Shown here: positions 49,301 to 63,505 of the stretch, in pieces
Position numbering within the stretch: position 1 is the stretch's first letter
How the letters are laid out: each line of letters opens with the position of its first letter
Assembly (NCBI RefSeq): GCF_003704095.1
Contig: NW_020845585.1
Span: 62,001-126,000, forward strand
Reading direction: 5' to 3'
Origin: Pocillopora damicornis
Lineage: Eukaryota
Length of the DNA: 64,000 nt
Notes under the pieces: model-generated
The model's input: only the letters and a program-made list of their open reading frames with translations
The model's database searches: none
What the model was told of the DNA's origin: nothing
Translations under genes and position numbers: made by a program

Positions 49301-50984
49301 GGGTACCCTACCACCACCAACATCCCCAGCCCCCAGCCGTTCCAACTCATCCTTGACTCGCTTTGATTACGAGACGTATTTGCATGGAATAAAACCCGGT
49401 TATCCGATCAGTCCAAGGGCTTCCGCTGGGAGGATTGCAAGACGCCCTCGTAGTCGTAATGTGTCCATAACCGTGGAACCTATCAGCAGCATCATTGAAG
49501 AAGGCGAAAGAAGAACAGAGGGAAGAGTTACAACTTCTCCGGTAGAAGATCTTGAGATTCCAAGAAAAGACAGCTTCCCGGTTAGAATAACTACTAGAAT
49601 TTCTTTGAACCTTAGGAAGCTGGAAACTAGTACTTCTGACGTAATTAGAGCTAAAAAGGAAGCTGTGACTATTCATAAGAACCTGGGTCTGATCGATATC
49701 AAGTCCAGGAAAAGTATGATTGAAAGTCGTGAGTCGATGCGGATCAAGTTAGCCACACGAAATGACATCCGAGCGAAAAGCAGGGAACTACAGAAGGAGG
49801 AACAAAAAATAGAGGATAAAGAGGGAAAGAGGAAAAAGCCAGACCGAATTGGGAAGTACACCACTGTGCGAGTTTTCCTGGGGCGAGTTGTCGACTCGCA
49901 GCCGCGCACCGAATGCGAACCGAACGACACTGAGCATGAACCGAAGAAGCAACGATTTCGATTGTCGGGTCTTCGCCCCCCGATTCAAAAAACTGACCCG
50001 CTGCGTGAGATGCTAATTTCTAAACAAGAGGCTGGAAAGGATGTTAGAGAGGCTGCAAGGGAAATAGAAAAAAGAGCGGCTGAGGAACCAAAGAAAGTTG
50101 TTACTAAACGTCAAACGGTTACCACGGATCAAAGACTATTCATCCGCACTCACGGCACGATGGGCTTGGCGTGTTTACGAGCCGTTCAGCATGCCTACAG
50201 AGAAAGGGAGCGAGCTGACACTGTCTCTTCAAAAGCCATCACAGTGGCACAGATGAGAGAAGACCGTGAACAAGCTAAAGAACGCGTCAAAATATTTAAA
50301 CAGGAGTACAAGGAAGCATCGCTAAGGAGGAGAGTTCGAGATGGTGTTAGAACCGCCGAGGCTCTCAAAGAGCGGCAAGCGAAGGAAGTTATTGAACACG
50401 AACGGCTGTCGACAGCACGAGCTGTTACTGCGGAACAACTGAAATCAAGACGGGCGGATTGGGCGTTCATATCAGACTTTAACTGTCAGCACACATCCAT
50501 TTCCAACGCGTTGCAGCGCCATGACCGCGCCTCACAGAGAGACGAACGTGTGCAAGAAATTGAAGATACCGTGCGCAAGGGGAAAGAAGTCTCACAAGAT
50601 CAACAAGCTCTGGTACGTCGATACATGGAACACCGGCAGTTGTTACGTCAAGCAGAGACAGCCATGGCACGCGCTGAGTTGGATGCGCATTTGACGCGGG
50701 AAGCCAGTCAGCGTAAGGCGGCTGCAAAAGAGCGCGTGGCACAAATAAAGGCGCGAAACCAGGATACACAGGAGTTTTATTCTCCGCCTGTGACGCATGC
50801 ACCGGCGAGACTTCCTCCTCTGGCCGTTGTATCGCCCGTGCAAATGGACGTCTGGAATGACTTGGAAAAATTTGAATGGACTCCGGCGAGTCACGAACGC
50901 TGCTTTTCTGAGCCATACGGTAGAGTGGTGTCTTCAAGAAGACAGCGAATGTATTCATTAGAGTCCACGTACGGCATAGCATGA
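46326..50984 (+). CDS. LRRIQ3: Leucine-rich repeat and IQ domain-containing protein 3, 4 exons (46326-46685, 47353-47676, 48143-48300, 49247-50984)
   Basis: LDLHNNQ|ITKLPGHKFWASL.ELKVVFLHNN, PLSLKPNYRHHLVNSLWTLKSLDNYVISDEEII (LRR cap), IQ motifs IIQRYIRGHLSR and SIQRYYR, and a long coiled-coil tail. Splice phases are consistent. Confidence 0.88.
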
Positions 50985-53900
50985 TGCATGGGAACATTAT
51001 TTTGATCAAGATGCAGTGTGTGTTTTTATGTAGCTAGCCATAGATTCGATTGTTCTTTTTTATATTATTTATTTAAAAAACACTGCACTCGATCAATAAG
51101 AAAGCTGGAGTGCATTATGCGTTGACGATTAAAGAAGTTCTTATTTATTTTAAATCAGAGTGTATAATATAAGTAGCGAAAACGGACTTCAGTCGTTTTT
51201 TTTTTGTAGTGATTGATAACATTGTAGATAGTGTGAGGTATCAAATAGTTTTACGACTTAAAGTCTATAACACAGCGCAAAGTTAGTTAATATAATATAC
51301 TGTATAGATAAGATATTTGAAATTGTTTGAAAGTATTTCTTTGGTTGATTAATATTGCATATCTCATGAACCTAGTCGCCGCATTTTTTTTAGTAATGGA
51401 AAGTGTTTAACTTTTGGACCATGTAAGCTTCGCGTTTTCTAAAGAGTGCATTTCGGTGAAGTGTCGTATGACTAAATACAAAATAATCCCAACGGCCAAT
51501 CAGATCAAAGGAAAATGTCACAATTAACCAATCAGACAAGCATACTGCCCGAAGCGCGGGATAACGTGGATGGTCTTGCTTTGAATCTGATTGGTTGAAA
51601 AGTAGCACGAGTTTTCTAAACCAATCACTTAGAGACACCTGGCTATCTTCGCCAATCAATAGGACTTTGCTACAAATCTTCCTTGACAAATTTGGATTAG
51701 ACGAGTGCCACTTTGGCGCGCAAAAAATCAGAAAACAGGAAACGCCTACACCGGGGTTCTACCACCAAAGTAGATCCACAAAAAAATGGGAAAAGATCTT
51801 TTGAAAATATTTCGAAATTAGTGCTCAAAATGAAGGCAATCAGCAAAGGTTCAACTCTTTTGGGTTACTTCTCTCGCATTAGTACTCCTAAGTCTCTTCA
51901 AATTTCGTAGAAACTGTACAGACGTGGCAAAGTTTTCGCGCTAATCCTAAAAAACGCTTTGAAAGGAACGGAAAATGGATTCAAATTCTTCAGTCCAAGA
52001 ACTATGGTTACGCTCGATGATTATCTAATCTATACGAGAAAACTAAAGGGCATGTCAACACTGTAACAATGGTAGGATACAGGTCAAAATTTACACAGCC
52101 TTCCTTACATCCATGGTATGCCCCATCACATCGCTATACGCGTGCGCACATCCGGCGATCGATATTACTAGGGTCCGAGAGTAAAGCAAAATTTTATGTT
52201 CATTGTTTATCTTTTTATATATTTATCCGCCGGAAAAGGGTCTCTTGCGATTCGTTTCACACGTACATTAGTCCTATATTTGACCGAGTCAGGGGAACAC
52301 AACCTTAAATATTGGGGACCGTCACAAGAATAGGCGAAATCCGCACACGATTGCTAGCACTCTAGCGACAGTCAGCACGTCGTGCAGGCTTGTGTCAGTC
52401 TAAATATCTTGCTAAAGGGACAATCAAGAAACAAATTATGAACCTCTATTTAAACTAGAAATTTATTATTAACTAATATGCATGTAATTTGATTACAGTG
52501 GATAAAAGTTGGAAGTAACTCATCAAGAATTTTTCTCTCTCGTCCACGTTTGCGACTAAGCATTTTAAACATAATTATTACTGTGGGTATATTCATCGTT
52601 ATACAAAGATACATAACCATTTTCTATAGATAAACACTATTTAGTGTGTAACAACAAAGAGTACTGGCAAGTATTTGATCTTCCAGGCCCTCAAAACCAA
52701 CCCGTCCAGAATTTTGATAAGTTCCCGAAAACCTATCAAAAAATTGTAACTACTTCACTAATTCCTTAAATGCTAAGTTAAATTAAATGTCAGTCTTAAA
52801 AAATTATGATCATAGACGGTACGCAGCTGCGGTTTATAAACGCGCTACCCTTTTTTGGCGCTTTCTACCAAACACGCCCAACTTGAACCCTACGAGAACC
52901 AAAATTACAAATTTTTAACTTGGTGGACGAAATTACTTCGCTGCAGCCATTAAAGGTGGCCACGGAAAGTGACTTAATATTTACGGAAATAGTATTTCGA
53001 GTAGTTTTCAAAGAGGAGCAAATCTCGTGAATTGCTACCTCGAACTCTCTTTGTTATCCATTAGACTGACTTTTTTGATATATAAAACACTTGAACGTTG
53101 ATGCCCTTGTTATAATCTTGTGTGTTTTCCCCAATGACAAGCAGAAAAGACTCTCTGACCAGATAGCTCTTCAAAGAGTCATTAGGTATTAAACCTTTCG
53201 CTACTCCCAGTACTTTTTTAATCAGGTCACACTGGAGGTCCACAGAACACTTGACTTGCATTTAAGTTTTATTCCGTCGCACAGCATAAATTTAAAGACC
53301 GCCATTTTCCCGGGCTTTGTTCGCAGTCACATATTAGTAGTCCCCAAAGGAAATACTCAATTCCACACCAATTAACTTCAAATTAAATTATGTAGGCCTC
53401 ATGAAAGCAAGACATTTAGGTATTAAATACTATATAAATACAAAACTTGTTGTCTGTGCGAACTGACTGTGTAAGGATTGAAAAGCAAACGAATGGCCTA
53501 TACCAATATAGAATGATACACCATTTAAAACAACTCTGACATTGTCCGGGAACTATTCAAAGCATCCTTGCTTTACCATAGAGAGAGAAGGAGGGAACAT
53601 TAACTCCATACGCATGAAATAAGGTTTTGTCAGACGGAGAAGTGTAAGGGAAAACGAAGCCCACCAACAACGGTTGCAGAAAAGAGAGATGGGGGGGGGG
53701 GGGGGGGGGGGGTAGGGGCATGTTACAGAGTGGAGAAACTTAAATCTTAATCCCACTACATCAACATTCTACCGGTTCCAAAAAGTCAATTGATTGACAT
53801 ATCTGTTCCCTTGTTAGCTTCAGTCTATTTGAGTGCTAAGTTCAACCTTCATAGGTAATATTATTTGGTGGCATTTCATATTGTTACAAGTCAGTGTGGA

Positions 53901-54151
53901 TGACTTGCATCTGACCCTTGAACTATAACATCATCTTTTTTATGGGTCCAGCTTTAAGCAACCTTTGAAAATATGCCCACAGACTGACCCAGAAGATTGT
54001 ATGATAAATATCCTCCACACAAAGCAAAAGCTGGTGCCACATGCTGATGGAATGCAGAATTTATCACCACTGTTGGGATCTAGTTTGTAAACTTCTAACT
54101 GTTTTTTTTTTCAGGAATTTACTAGTTCAAGACTTATTTTCCAATGTAATG

Positions 54152-57100
54152 TCAGCTTTCAGCTTCTGAAACATAGTCTGGCCCCTTAGGAGAAAAAGGA
54201 AAAAAAATTACAATTTTCATTCTCAAAGTAAGTCACTAATTGTGTCAGTAACATTATGAGCAAAACCATACTGTCTAAACTCAACTCTCAAATTACAGAG
54301 TCCTAGCAATCTGACAATTAAATCAAAATGTGAAACAGCCAATGCAAACAAAGCACTAAATGCTAATAGCTAATCAAATTTAGCTACCTCTTCAAAGCTA
54401 CCATTCAGCATCAAGAAAATAATAAGGTTAGTTAGCTTGGGGTTAACCAAATTCAGCTTGAAAATATGACTTGTGGACCATTTTAGAGAGTTGAGTTTTA
54501 GGCAAATGTATTACTTTGGATGCTTGTCCTGACACTAAATGCTTCTCCTCCAAGTTGCTCCCATTTTGTTATTGACAGAATAAGACAAAATAACTGAGAA
54601 AAATTACTAATAAAATTTTGTACAGACAACATCAGTGATTGATAAAACCTCAAACATGAATTACATTTCATTGGCTGATCAACTGACTTAGTATGAAAAC
54701 AAACCTCTGCAATTTTTTGATCAAGCATTTTGAAAAACTCCAGTTGAGACTTTGTCATTTGCCTAATGGAGAAAAAAAAAGCAGGGATTATAAAATAACA
54801 TGAAAACTCACACTCACATCAGTGATACTCTACAATGTGTCTAAGTCCTATGGGTCTAGAACCTTTGCTGTTTCTGTCCCAAAACCCTGCAACTCTTTGC
54901 CTGATATCATGCATTTATGTGATAATTTTAATACCTTTGAATTTAAGCTTTTTATATAGCCATTTTAATTTTGTTTAAATATTGATTTAGTTTTAATTGA
55001 ATTTTCAAGTTTTTGAAGCACCTAATGCTGTATAGGTGCTATACAAGTATTGATTATTATTATCATTATCATTATCATCATTATTATTTTTATTATTATT
55101 ATCATTGCTTCTTTTAGATACCACATGGGCAAACAAAGGGAAAAATAAGTTATTTAGAAAACCACCCAAAAGAATCCTTACTTATGACTGACAAGAAAAC
55201 ACTAATTTAATCTAAAATTTTATCAGTAAATCATGACACAACTAGTGTCAAAACATATAATTCACATACACCATTATTCAAATCATAGCACCACTAGATA
55301 AAGAAAAGCAAATCCAAACAATAACTTGGGCTTGAGCAGCTCTTGGCACAGGTATTGGTTGGTTGCACATCCACTGTTTATAAGTCCAAATGGTATTAGA
55401 ATGTTGGTGAAGGGAGGAAATCTACAAATCCTGAACAAACCCAATAAGCCATTTTCAATGTAATAAAGTTAAAACTTGGCTCTGAGGCTTTGGGAATTAA
55501 AAAAAGGGATGAATGATTAATTTATTTTGTTTTAATTCCCCCTAGTCTGGGTACCATGTTAGAATTTTTAATATATAAAAAATGGCCTATTGGTCACAGA
55601 GGACCAAGAGTGACAACCCGAAAAGATATTCAAGCCACATGTTACGCAAAGTACATGAATCAAAGCTGGGCCATAGACCACTATCATAATGCTCCATTTC
55701 ACTAAAATAACAGTATTTAAGCAGAGCTGATCTAAATACAAGGATATATGGAAAAAAAACCAGAGTGACTCTTGATGCAACCTAAAATTTTCCTTATGTT
55801 CCACAAAGGAATGTAAGACATTTGGGGAGGAGAATCTTGCAGGCTGTCAGAATTCACTTACAGCTTTTTTCCATACACCCTCACAACTAATCAATTTGAT
55901 CTACAAGTCTTACACTCTGACTTGACTGATTGGAACAGACTTTGGGGCAGCACAGTGGTTGTCATTTGTCCTAAAAATACATCAAAATGTTTCAGGTCAA
56001 GGTCGTTTTAAGATTATTTTCAGAACATCTTAGTTACCCCTAGTATCATAACTAATATGTACAAAAAGAGATCTTATGTAAACTTAATCAACATCCCCTG
56101 TCAGCAAAATGGTTTAAATAAATATAGTTCAATACTGCATCACTATTTGCAAGTTAACACCAAGGACAATTTATGAATCTCATACACCTGACAATAAATT
56201 ACACAGCAAAAAGCAAAAATTGTCTATCTTGAGTGTTGACTCCCTTTTTTTAGAAAAAAAACTGTTTACATTTGAGAATATTTTTCATCTGAGAGGAAAA
56301 TGTGAGGAAGGTTTCCAACTGCCCTACCTTATTGGGGTAGGTTTTCTTCTAGGGATTACATCCTGATTCTGAAAATAAATTAATGAATTGATTGAGATTG
56401 GTAAAAACGGCTAATCATATAAATGTATGGCAACTATAACTAAAATCTTTTTCCACCCTTATACCAGCTATAGTACTTTTCTATATCAACAAACTACCCA
56501 ATTTAATTAATCACTCCATCTGTGGTCAATTCAAACTATTAAAAATGATCAACTTTCCCTTGCATGAAATACAACTTTCAACAAAACGCCATGAGCCAGC
56601 TATTTACCAAAGGTCTAACCCAAACTGCAGTTTTCCCCAAGTTGAGGGCCTCAGGTATTCTCATTAGAGGGTTGATTCAATCATATAAATGTCTCTCTAC
56701 TATTAGCTTTTGGCCCTCCTAACACTGTTAACAAAATAAATGTTCAGATAACAGGTTAGTCTAAATTGAATATGGATAGAACAAGGTTTTGTTAGACATT
56801 GGCTAAACTTTGTTTAAATGACTGGCCCAACAAGTCTGTTACCTTATCCTTGATTACTGAGGACCTGTCATTTTTGGGTTCTGGAATATCAGGCTCTTTG
56901 ACTGAGGTGATACTATTAGATGAATCTTTTCTGCTGTTTTTGAGTGCACTGCTTTCAAGTGAGTGTCTTGGAACATCTGTAATGAATACCAACAAACAAT
57001 ATGTGAAACTGAATTACCGGTACAATGGTTCAGTAAAAAATGTGTTGATGTCTTTTACACAACAGTATCTAAACCTGGATGGCAGTCTCCACTGTAAATT

Positions 57101-57372
57101 TACACAATTCATCTGCAAATGAATTTCCAATTGAAAACCTGGTTTATATTAATTTTTAATATAATTATCCTCTGGCAAACACTGAACACCCTTGAGATGA
57201 AGTAAAAAGAACCTGTAATAAAAGCTGTCTTTGCTGTCAAAAAAGACACTGTATAAACATTCCTACAATTCTCACCAGGTGTATGTACTGAGCAACCATT
57301 CTCTTTTGCTGAGTGGGAACTGGAGCTGACTTCTGGACTTGTGGTCATATGCTTACCAGCAGAACATCCCAT
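54152..57372 (-). CDS. C1orf21: C1orf21/DUF4612-family small lipid-anchored protein, 6 coding exons
   Basis: Starts MGCSAGKH and ends MTKSQLEFFKMLDQKIAE|GPDYVSEAES, matching the family's MGCASAKH ... SQQEFFRMLDEKIEKGRDY. Exons near 57372-57276, 56977-56844, 56367-56327, 55970-55914, 54762-54705 and 54184-54152 are in phase. An acceptor near 57459 implies a non-coding first exon (candidate donor near 61717). Confidence 0.85.
55050..55106. repeat. (ATT/ATC)n microsatellite
   Basis: Visible trinucleotide run in an intron. Confidence 0.85.
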
Positions 57373-59514
57373 AATATTAGCCCACAAGGGGCGAGGCTTT
57401 CGCCAGGACCACCCAATGGTGAAACAGATGAATTCTTGGTTCTTGCAAAATCAACAATCCTAAAAAAACAATACTTTGTTAATGCTGTGGAAATAAAAGG
57501 ATATACATTTCAACCTGTATTAAGCAATCATCCATGCAGAATGGTAGGATGACTGCTTAATGCATTACAGGTTACCAGCTTAACACCAGTTCCAAAGAAA
57601 AGGAGTCAAACACGATAAAAAATGCCATTTTAGGCCATACTTAATAGATCAATCAATGTCCAGTTTATTCAAAACCTTGCTCGAAAGTGCATTGACTGCT
57701 CATAATAATCAGCACCAACAAAATGGTGGTGCGATGTAAAAACTGAGCAATAAAGTAGAATTACTTTATGTGATAAACTGTAATCAAATTTTTGAACAAT
57801 CTAGGTCATTAACTAGAAAATAACTTGCACGATGTTCATGCGCAATTATTGCCCTAAGAAGAAAGATAATCTGTTATATATTAAAGACAATTGACCTCCA
57901 AGTTGGAAGGTAAATGTAACAACGATTTGACTTGAGAGATTATTCTGACTTAGTTCTGTTTGCATGGAACCACTTCATGTGACTGATCAAACCAGGTGAC
58001 AAAAGAGAATACAAAAAAAGCCGTCAGGACGCATGACCACCTACAGGACAGGCGACCACCATTACCAAAAGTTATGAGGGGTTAATTGATTAAAACAAGA
58101 TTCACACAATTTGAAGTAATGGGATTTCCTTTTAGGTGCTGATCTGCTTAGGGCAGCTTAAAAAAACATGATTGTGTAACAAACACATCTGTAAAGTGTC
58201 TCTTTGAAATGGCCACTTAGAGAAATTGTTACCAAATATAGCAAGTATTCACAGGAGTTCTAGGTGGTCTTTTTTTTCTTTTAAGTAGTTCTTTGAAGAG
58301 CATTCCACTTATAGGAATGTCCATTAGAATAGCTGACACTGCAGTTGGAAAGGGAAGGTGACTTGTAAAATCAACAAATGATCACTGATTGTGGCCAAGT
58401 TGAAAATAATGAATATCTTAACTGGATAAGATGACCCATCTGAGCCCACATCAACCCAATACCTAATTACTTAAGAATTAAAAGTATGGGCCACAAATAG
58501 ATCACCTAAAAAAAAAATCACTGTAGGAAGTAACAAAAGTCAAAGAAAATCGCAGCACTTAAAGCTAAATCAGCTGACTCTGGATCTTTCCCACATTTAG
58601 TCCTGTGCTGAAATGATATCAAATGAAAAAATGAACTATGCCAAAAATGAAGAAAGCAATCTTGCTAAAAGCTGTCATAATTATGAACTGTTTACTGAAG
58701 TGAAGGTGGCTTGTGGCATATATCAACCTAGCCACAAAGTGGTGAGGTAAAGATCCACTGCAACCCACCAACACTGAGGTAAATTGTTCACACAAAAAAA
58801 GTGAGATAATATAGCACAAAAAGATGATTTTAACCCATTTATTCCTACAACAATAATAACATTTCCATGGAAATCCCACGTGTGTTGCTCAGAGATGAAT
58901 AGAAAAAGATATTTGGAATTTGGGTAGCCAATCAGGGTGTGCCTTCAACAATAACCACTTTTTTAGTACATACTTAAGTACTGCATGCACTACTTTCTTC
59001 ATCACAAAAATGATGGCTGAGGCATTTCTGCCTCTTCTGGTAACATAAAGCAAAGTGCACCAAATGGGTGGGAGTACCTGTGGTTTTTCTGCAAAACTTC
59101 ATGGGAATGATACCTATTGATAATACAATCAGTCAAGTTTTCAATTAAAGCACTAATTTGGCAACCAAATTGAGATACATTCAATTCTGGTAAAGGGCAT
59201 AATATAAAATTAATGCAGATAAGCACTCTGTCATACTTTTAATCATATGACTACTTTCAACATCATGTGCAGAAATTCTAGCGATCTGAACTTATCAAAT
59301 TTCATCTTTTAATTTTTTGGTATTAAATTTTTATGACCTTAAGTTATGCACTAATGATTAAAAAATATTTATAAAGTATATTGTCCATATAAATATCCTT
59401 TAATGCCCTTTATAACACTTTGCGGGGGACTTTGGCCTAACCACATTAAGCAGTAGTAACCAATCTTTCAAAGGAAACTTTGCAGGTGCTCGCAATTTTG
59501 GAATTTTTGGAACC

Positions 59515-59805
59515 AAAGCCAGACCACAACAGTGGGAAGTACATTTCCAACTCTGTGCGAGAGGTGCATGGGTTCTTTAACATTCCCTACTAACTTTTAA
59601 AGAAAAGATGTGAAAGACAGGACCTACATGTATGGTTTACTGTCCTTATCCCAGAAGACTAGAACATCAAACCTTTTAAAGATGTCATACCAAAGGCTGT
59701 ACATTTTTCTCACTTATTTTAAGATCCTGAGTGTTGGCAGATCTACGGCTCCAACCCTTGAGCTTTTATACAGCAATCCCACGCTCTACAACCTAAGCTA
59801 ACCAA
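59515..59805 (-). mobile_element. Decayed tRNA-headed SINE with a Nin/Deu-like central domain
   Basis: The - strand begins with an A-box-like GTTAGCTTAGGTTGTAGAGCG, then CACTCAGGATCTTAAAATAA, GATAAGGACAGTAAACC and GTTAAAGAACCCA, blocks I associate with Nin/Deu-domain SINEs. Confidence 0.6.
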
Positions 59806-62800
59806 GCTTGAATAAATAGCAATGCCCCCAAGTCATATGTGACACCTGTCCTGCATGATATAAGATCAGCGTCATGCATGTGAACAGAATAAGAAAAATG
59901 GACATTCTGTACTTTTTTTGAACCAGCTCCAATTTACATGTTTAATTTTTCTTGCACCCATTGAGTGTCTTTACCTCCTAAATTGGCTATAACATTCTCA
60001 ACAATCTTGCTCAAAACAAGATGCTTGGTAACAAAGACAAAAACAGCTAAAAATGTCTCAGTATCGGTAGAAGATTGAATCACGATCAATGATGTCGCAA
60101 TACCACTCAAAAAACTCAGACTGTCAAAAATTGTATATTTCTTGATGCCAATTCAATGTTTCCATGGTAATAAAACAAACAAAAGGTTTCAATGGTTTAA
60201 TCTTGACAGCTGTCGTGACAATTGCTCGCGCTCACTTCACCAAACTATAATTAAAAAGAAATGTTCTGCTTGTTGATCCTGTGTTTGCAGTTAAACTTCA
60301 GGAGGTGTCAGATTCAAATGTTATCTCTAAGTACTGATTCCCTTAAGCAGCTTAGAGAAAATGCATGGTGAAACAGGATGAGAATTTTCAGTTTGGTTTG
60401 CTAAGTAAGTAGATTTGAGGGGAAGTTAACAACAATGCACTCAAAAATGAAATGCAAATTCAATTGGATGTATAACTTTTCCTTTTCAGAGGGATTAAGC
60501 TATAGTGAGAAATTCTCTTATATTTCAAAACTGCACCACTAAAGTTTTTTCGCAAAGTAGGCGTATCGTTTATCCTCTTCACACTGATTTTAATCTAAAG
60601 ACTGAGGTAACTCAGTTGTGCTTAGAATTTTAAATACAAAGATATTCTTCGAATTTCAAAGAGTTTACTCACTAATAAATCCGTAGATTACTAGTGGTAA
60701 GTTCTACACTAGAGATTCATCGATAAGATAAAACCAGGTTTTCAATAAGTGGAGAAAATGTGGTGAAACGTTGATGACAGTTCTAGTTCTTGAACGTTAT
60801 GAAAACATAAAAAGTGCTTCAAAAACAAAATGGAGTGCACAATGCCTCGAGAGAGGAAAGTGGGTGTGCATTATGTAAAACAAACTCATGCCACACATTC
60901 CCTAGAAGATGAAAATTTTCGAACTCGAAAACGTAATGTCACACTTGTTCACTTTTCATAATCACTTACGGGTCCACAAACGTAACTTGACAAGTTTCGA
61001 ACATCGTTCACTTTTGTTCATGAATTTCTGGCTACAAAGAAATCTATTCATGCCTACAGGGCGACTTCGCCAAACCTCGTGTCGAAAATTAAATTCTAGA
61101 GTATGAAAAACCAAGGGCTGAGAAAATAAGTTGCCCAACTATAATAGCATTAACCCAACATAGAAAAACAGCAGCTGTGCAGCTGTACACAGTGATCCAA
61201 TCGAGTAAATGTTTCGTACATGATTCTCAATGATATGGTGAAGAAAAAATAGACTCAGTCAGCGCAAAGCGACAAAAGCGTTTTCCTAGCGAGATTTCGA
61301 ATTCAAACTACCAATGCTCAGCAGTCTCTGATAATCTTTTCGCAAATAACGTCATAACAAAGCAAGCTCATACTGCTCTGTCGGATTAAGGACTATGCAA
61401 ATGAGGAACAGTTCTCTTGCTTCAATAATACTCGCTTACAATTCCGCACAATTCACTTCAGTGTGTTAACGTTCTAGTTCATTAAGTTCAGCAGTGAATG
61501 CGGCATATCTTCGACAAAACAGAAAGAGTAATTCGGCCAACGGGACATCCATCGTGTACCGCTTGGAATCATTAAGAAATTACACAGCAGAAAAACGCAC
61601 TCCATCGCAGATTCACTTAACCGATTAAAACGAATCTATTCGCCTCAAACAGCATTTTCCTAACTAACGAAACGACTGATATACCAGTCACCAGAGCAAA
61701 ATAGCAGGCAACTTACCTCAGTGGCGAATCGGCATCTATTTAAATACAATCATTTGTGGGACACCCAAGTTTAAAGTAGTATAAACAGGCGATTTGTGCA
61801 TCGCTTCATGTATTATGGAGATTGAGAACGTCGCGCCAGCAGCGAGCTAGAAGCAATTAATCACATCGCCGGACACTGAAAAATAAAATTCACATCGACT
61901 TACTTCCACACGTCATGAGCCCACAAACCCACAGAGGTGCCAGGCTAGCCCGCAAACGTTCTAAGTATCGACAAGAAAACTTAATCCGTAAAACCGCGAT
62001 TTAGCATGCTAAGAACGACCATAGCAGTCACTTTACTTCCCACCGATACTTATATCGTGGGTGACAGACCTCACGAACTTTATCAGCCCGAGGAAATAGT
62101 AAAAAATTCTACTTCACTCGATAAATTTCAACAAATTAAAAGCAAAACGATCGTACCTTTTGTTCTTGCACAATTTGGACGGTTGTAAAACACTACGAAT
62201 AGAACACTGCCGGCCTGTTTGAGCGTGTGTTTTCGTGATACTCGCACGAAGTTTGTGACGTTGCCAGGGTGAATGACTAAACGGAAGAAGGGTGACGGGG
62301 TATAGCCCTGTGTCATCACCAGTGGGGTGGGAAGTTGACCGAAAAAAAACAGAACAGAAAAAAACTCCCCCGCTCAAACTCTCCAGGTGATCGACATCGC
62401 CATTTCATTTGAATTCAAACTTTTATGAAGAGAGCTACTACGCTTAGATTGGGAGTAAAAGCGGGCATAGGAACAGAAATTAAAGGAAAAAATTCACAAA
62501 AAATACGGGTCAAGGGAATGGAGACGCATAAAAATTGAACGTCTACCTTCATCATTTTCGCATTTTCTATTTAATTTAAGGAAGAAAAACAGATGTTATT
62601 CTTTAAAAAAAAAAACTGTAATCTTAAAATAAATTATAACTAATGGCTTATTTTTCATACCTTTTCACAACGCTTAAGAGGTGCTTTTGTCTTTTTCTCC
62701 ATTCTTATGTAATCGATGTTCAAAAACGACTGCAATTTTTTTACTGGGTAACTGGCAACTAAAACAAGGACACGGCATACAAGTTAAGTCTCTTTGTTGT

Positions 62801-63505
62801 TAACGCAGGTAAGTAACGGCTTCTAGACACCAAAATGGCATGTTACGATACAGCAATTCGGTAAAACCGAACTAAATGTCAAAGTTTGAATATGAATTAT
62901 CAAACGGATATAATCTCATCTTTTTGAGGACACATACTTCCTGTACTGCATTATAATATTCATTGTATACAGAAAATAAACATTGTAATATAGAAACAGA
63001 AAACAGAATATCTTAAGGACAGTTCCTATTTCTAAGTGTGTCGAAATCTTGAGTATACGGTATTAACAAGCCCGATCTTGACAAAGGAACGGCCTATTCT
63101 TTTAATTATTATTGTTATCTTTATTATCATTTCATGAAGTTGAGGTAAAAGAAAAAAAAACATTTAAAAATATCCAGCCATGTTGACCAAACAGGTCTAA
63201 CGAATGGTCATAATTTGTCACCCGGGGGAGGGGAAGTGAAGGATATTGGGGGATCAGAGGGTTTTCTGTGGGAACAGGAGGGGGATCAGCCGTTGCCAAT
63301 AAGGTAAACAGGGGGGAATATGGACAATTCACCGCCAAAATGACGCTGGGATCATAAGAATATCACAGAGCCTGAACAAGGATCCGGTAAAATTTCTCGT
63401 GACACAACCAAAATCCCCCATCCCACCCTCCCTCTGGGGGTGGGATTGGACTAGTCTCCTGGCCAATAAAATTTAAACCTGGGAAATCAGTATTGATGCT
63501 ATCAA

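Noticed and set aside
49347-51009. Minus-strand ORFs overlapping the LRRIQ3 last exon
   Set aside because: Antisense shadows of a long coding exon, with no independent motifs.
53691-53712. Poly-G run as a functional element
   Set aside because: A simple homopolymer in a probable 3' UTR; its length is unreliable in assemblies.
59740-59805. tRNA gene
   Set aside because: Only a decayed SINE head; no cloverleaf can be formed.
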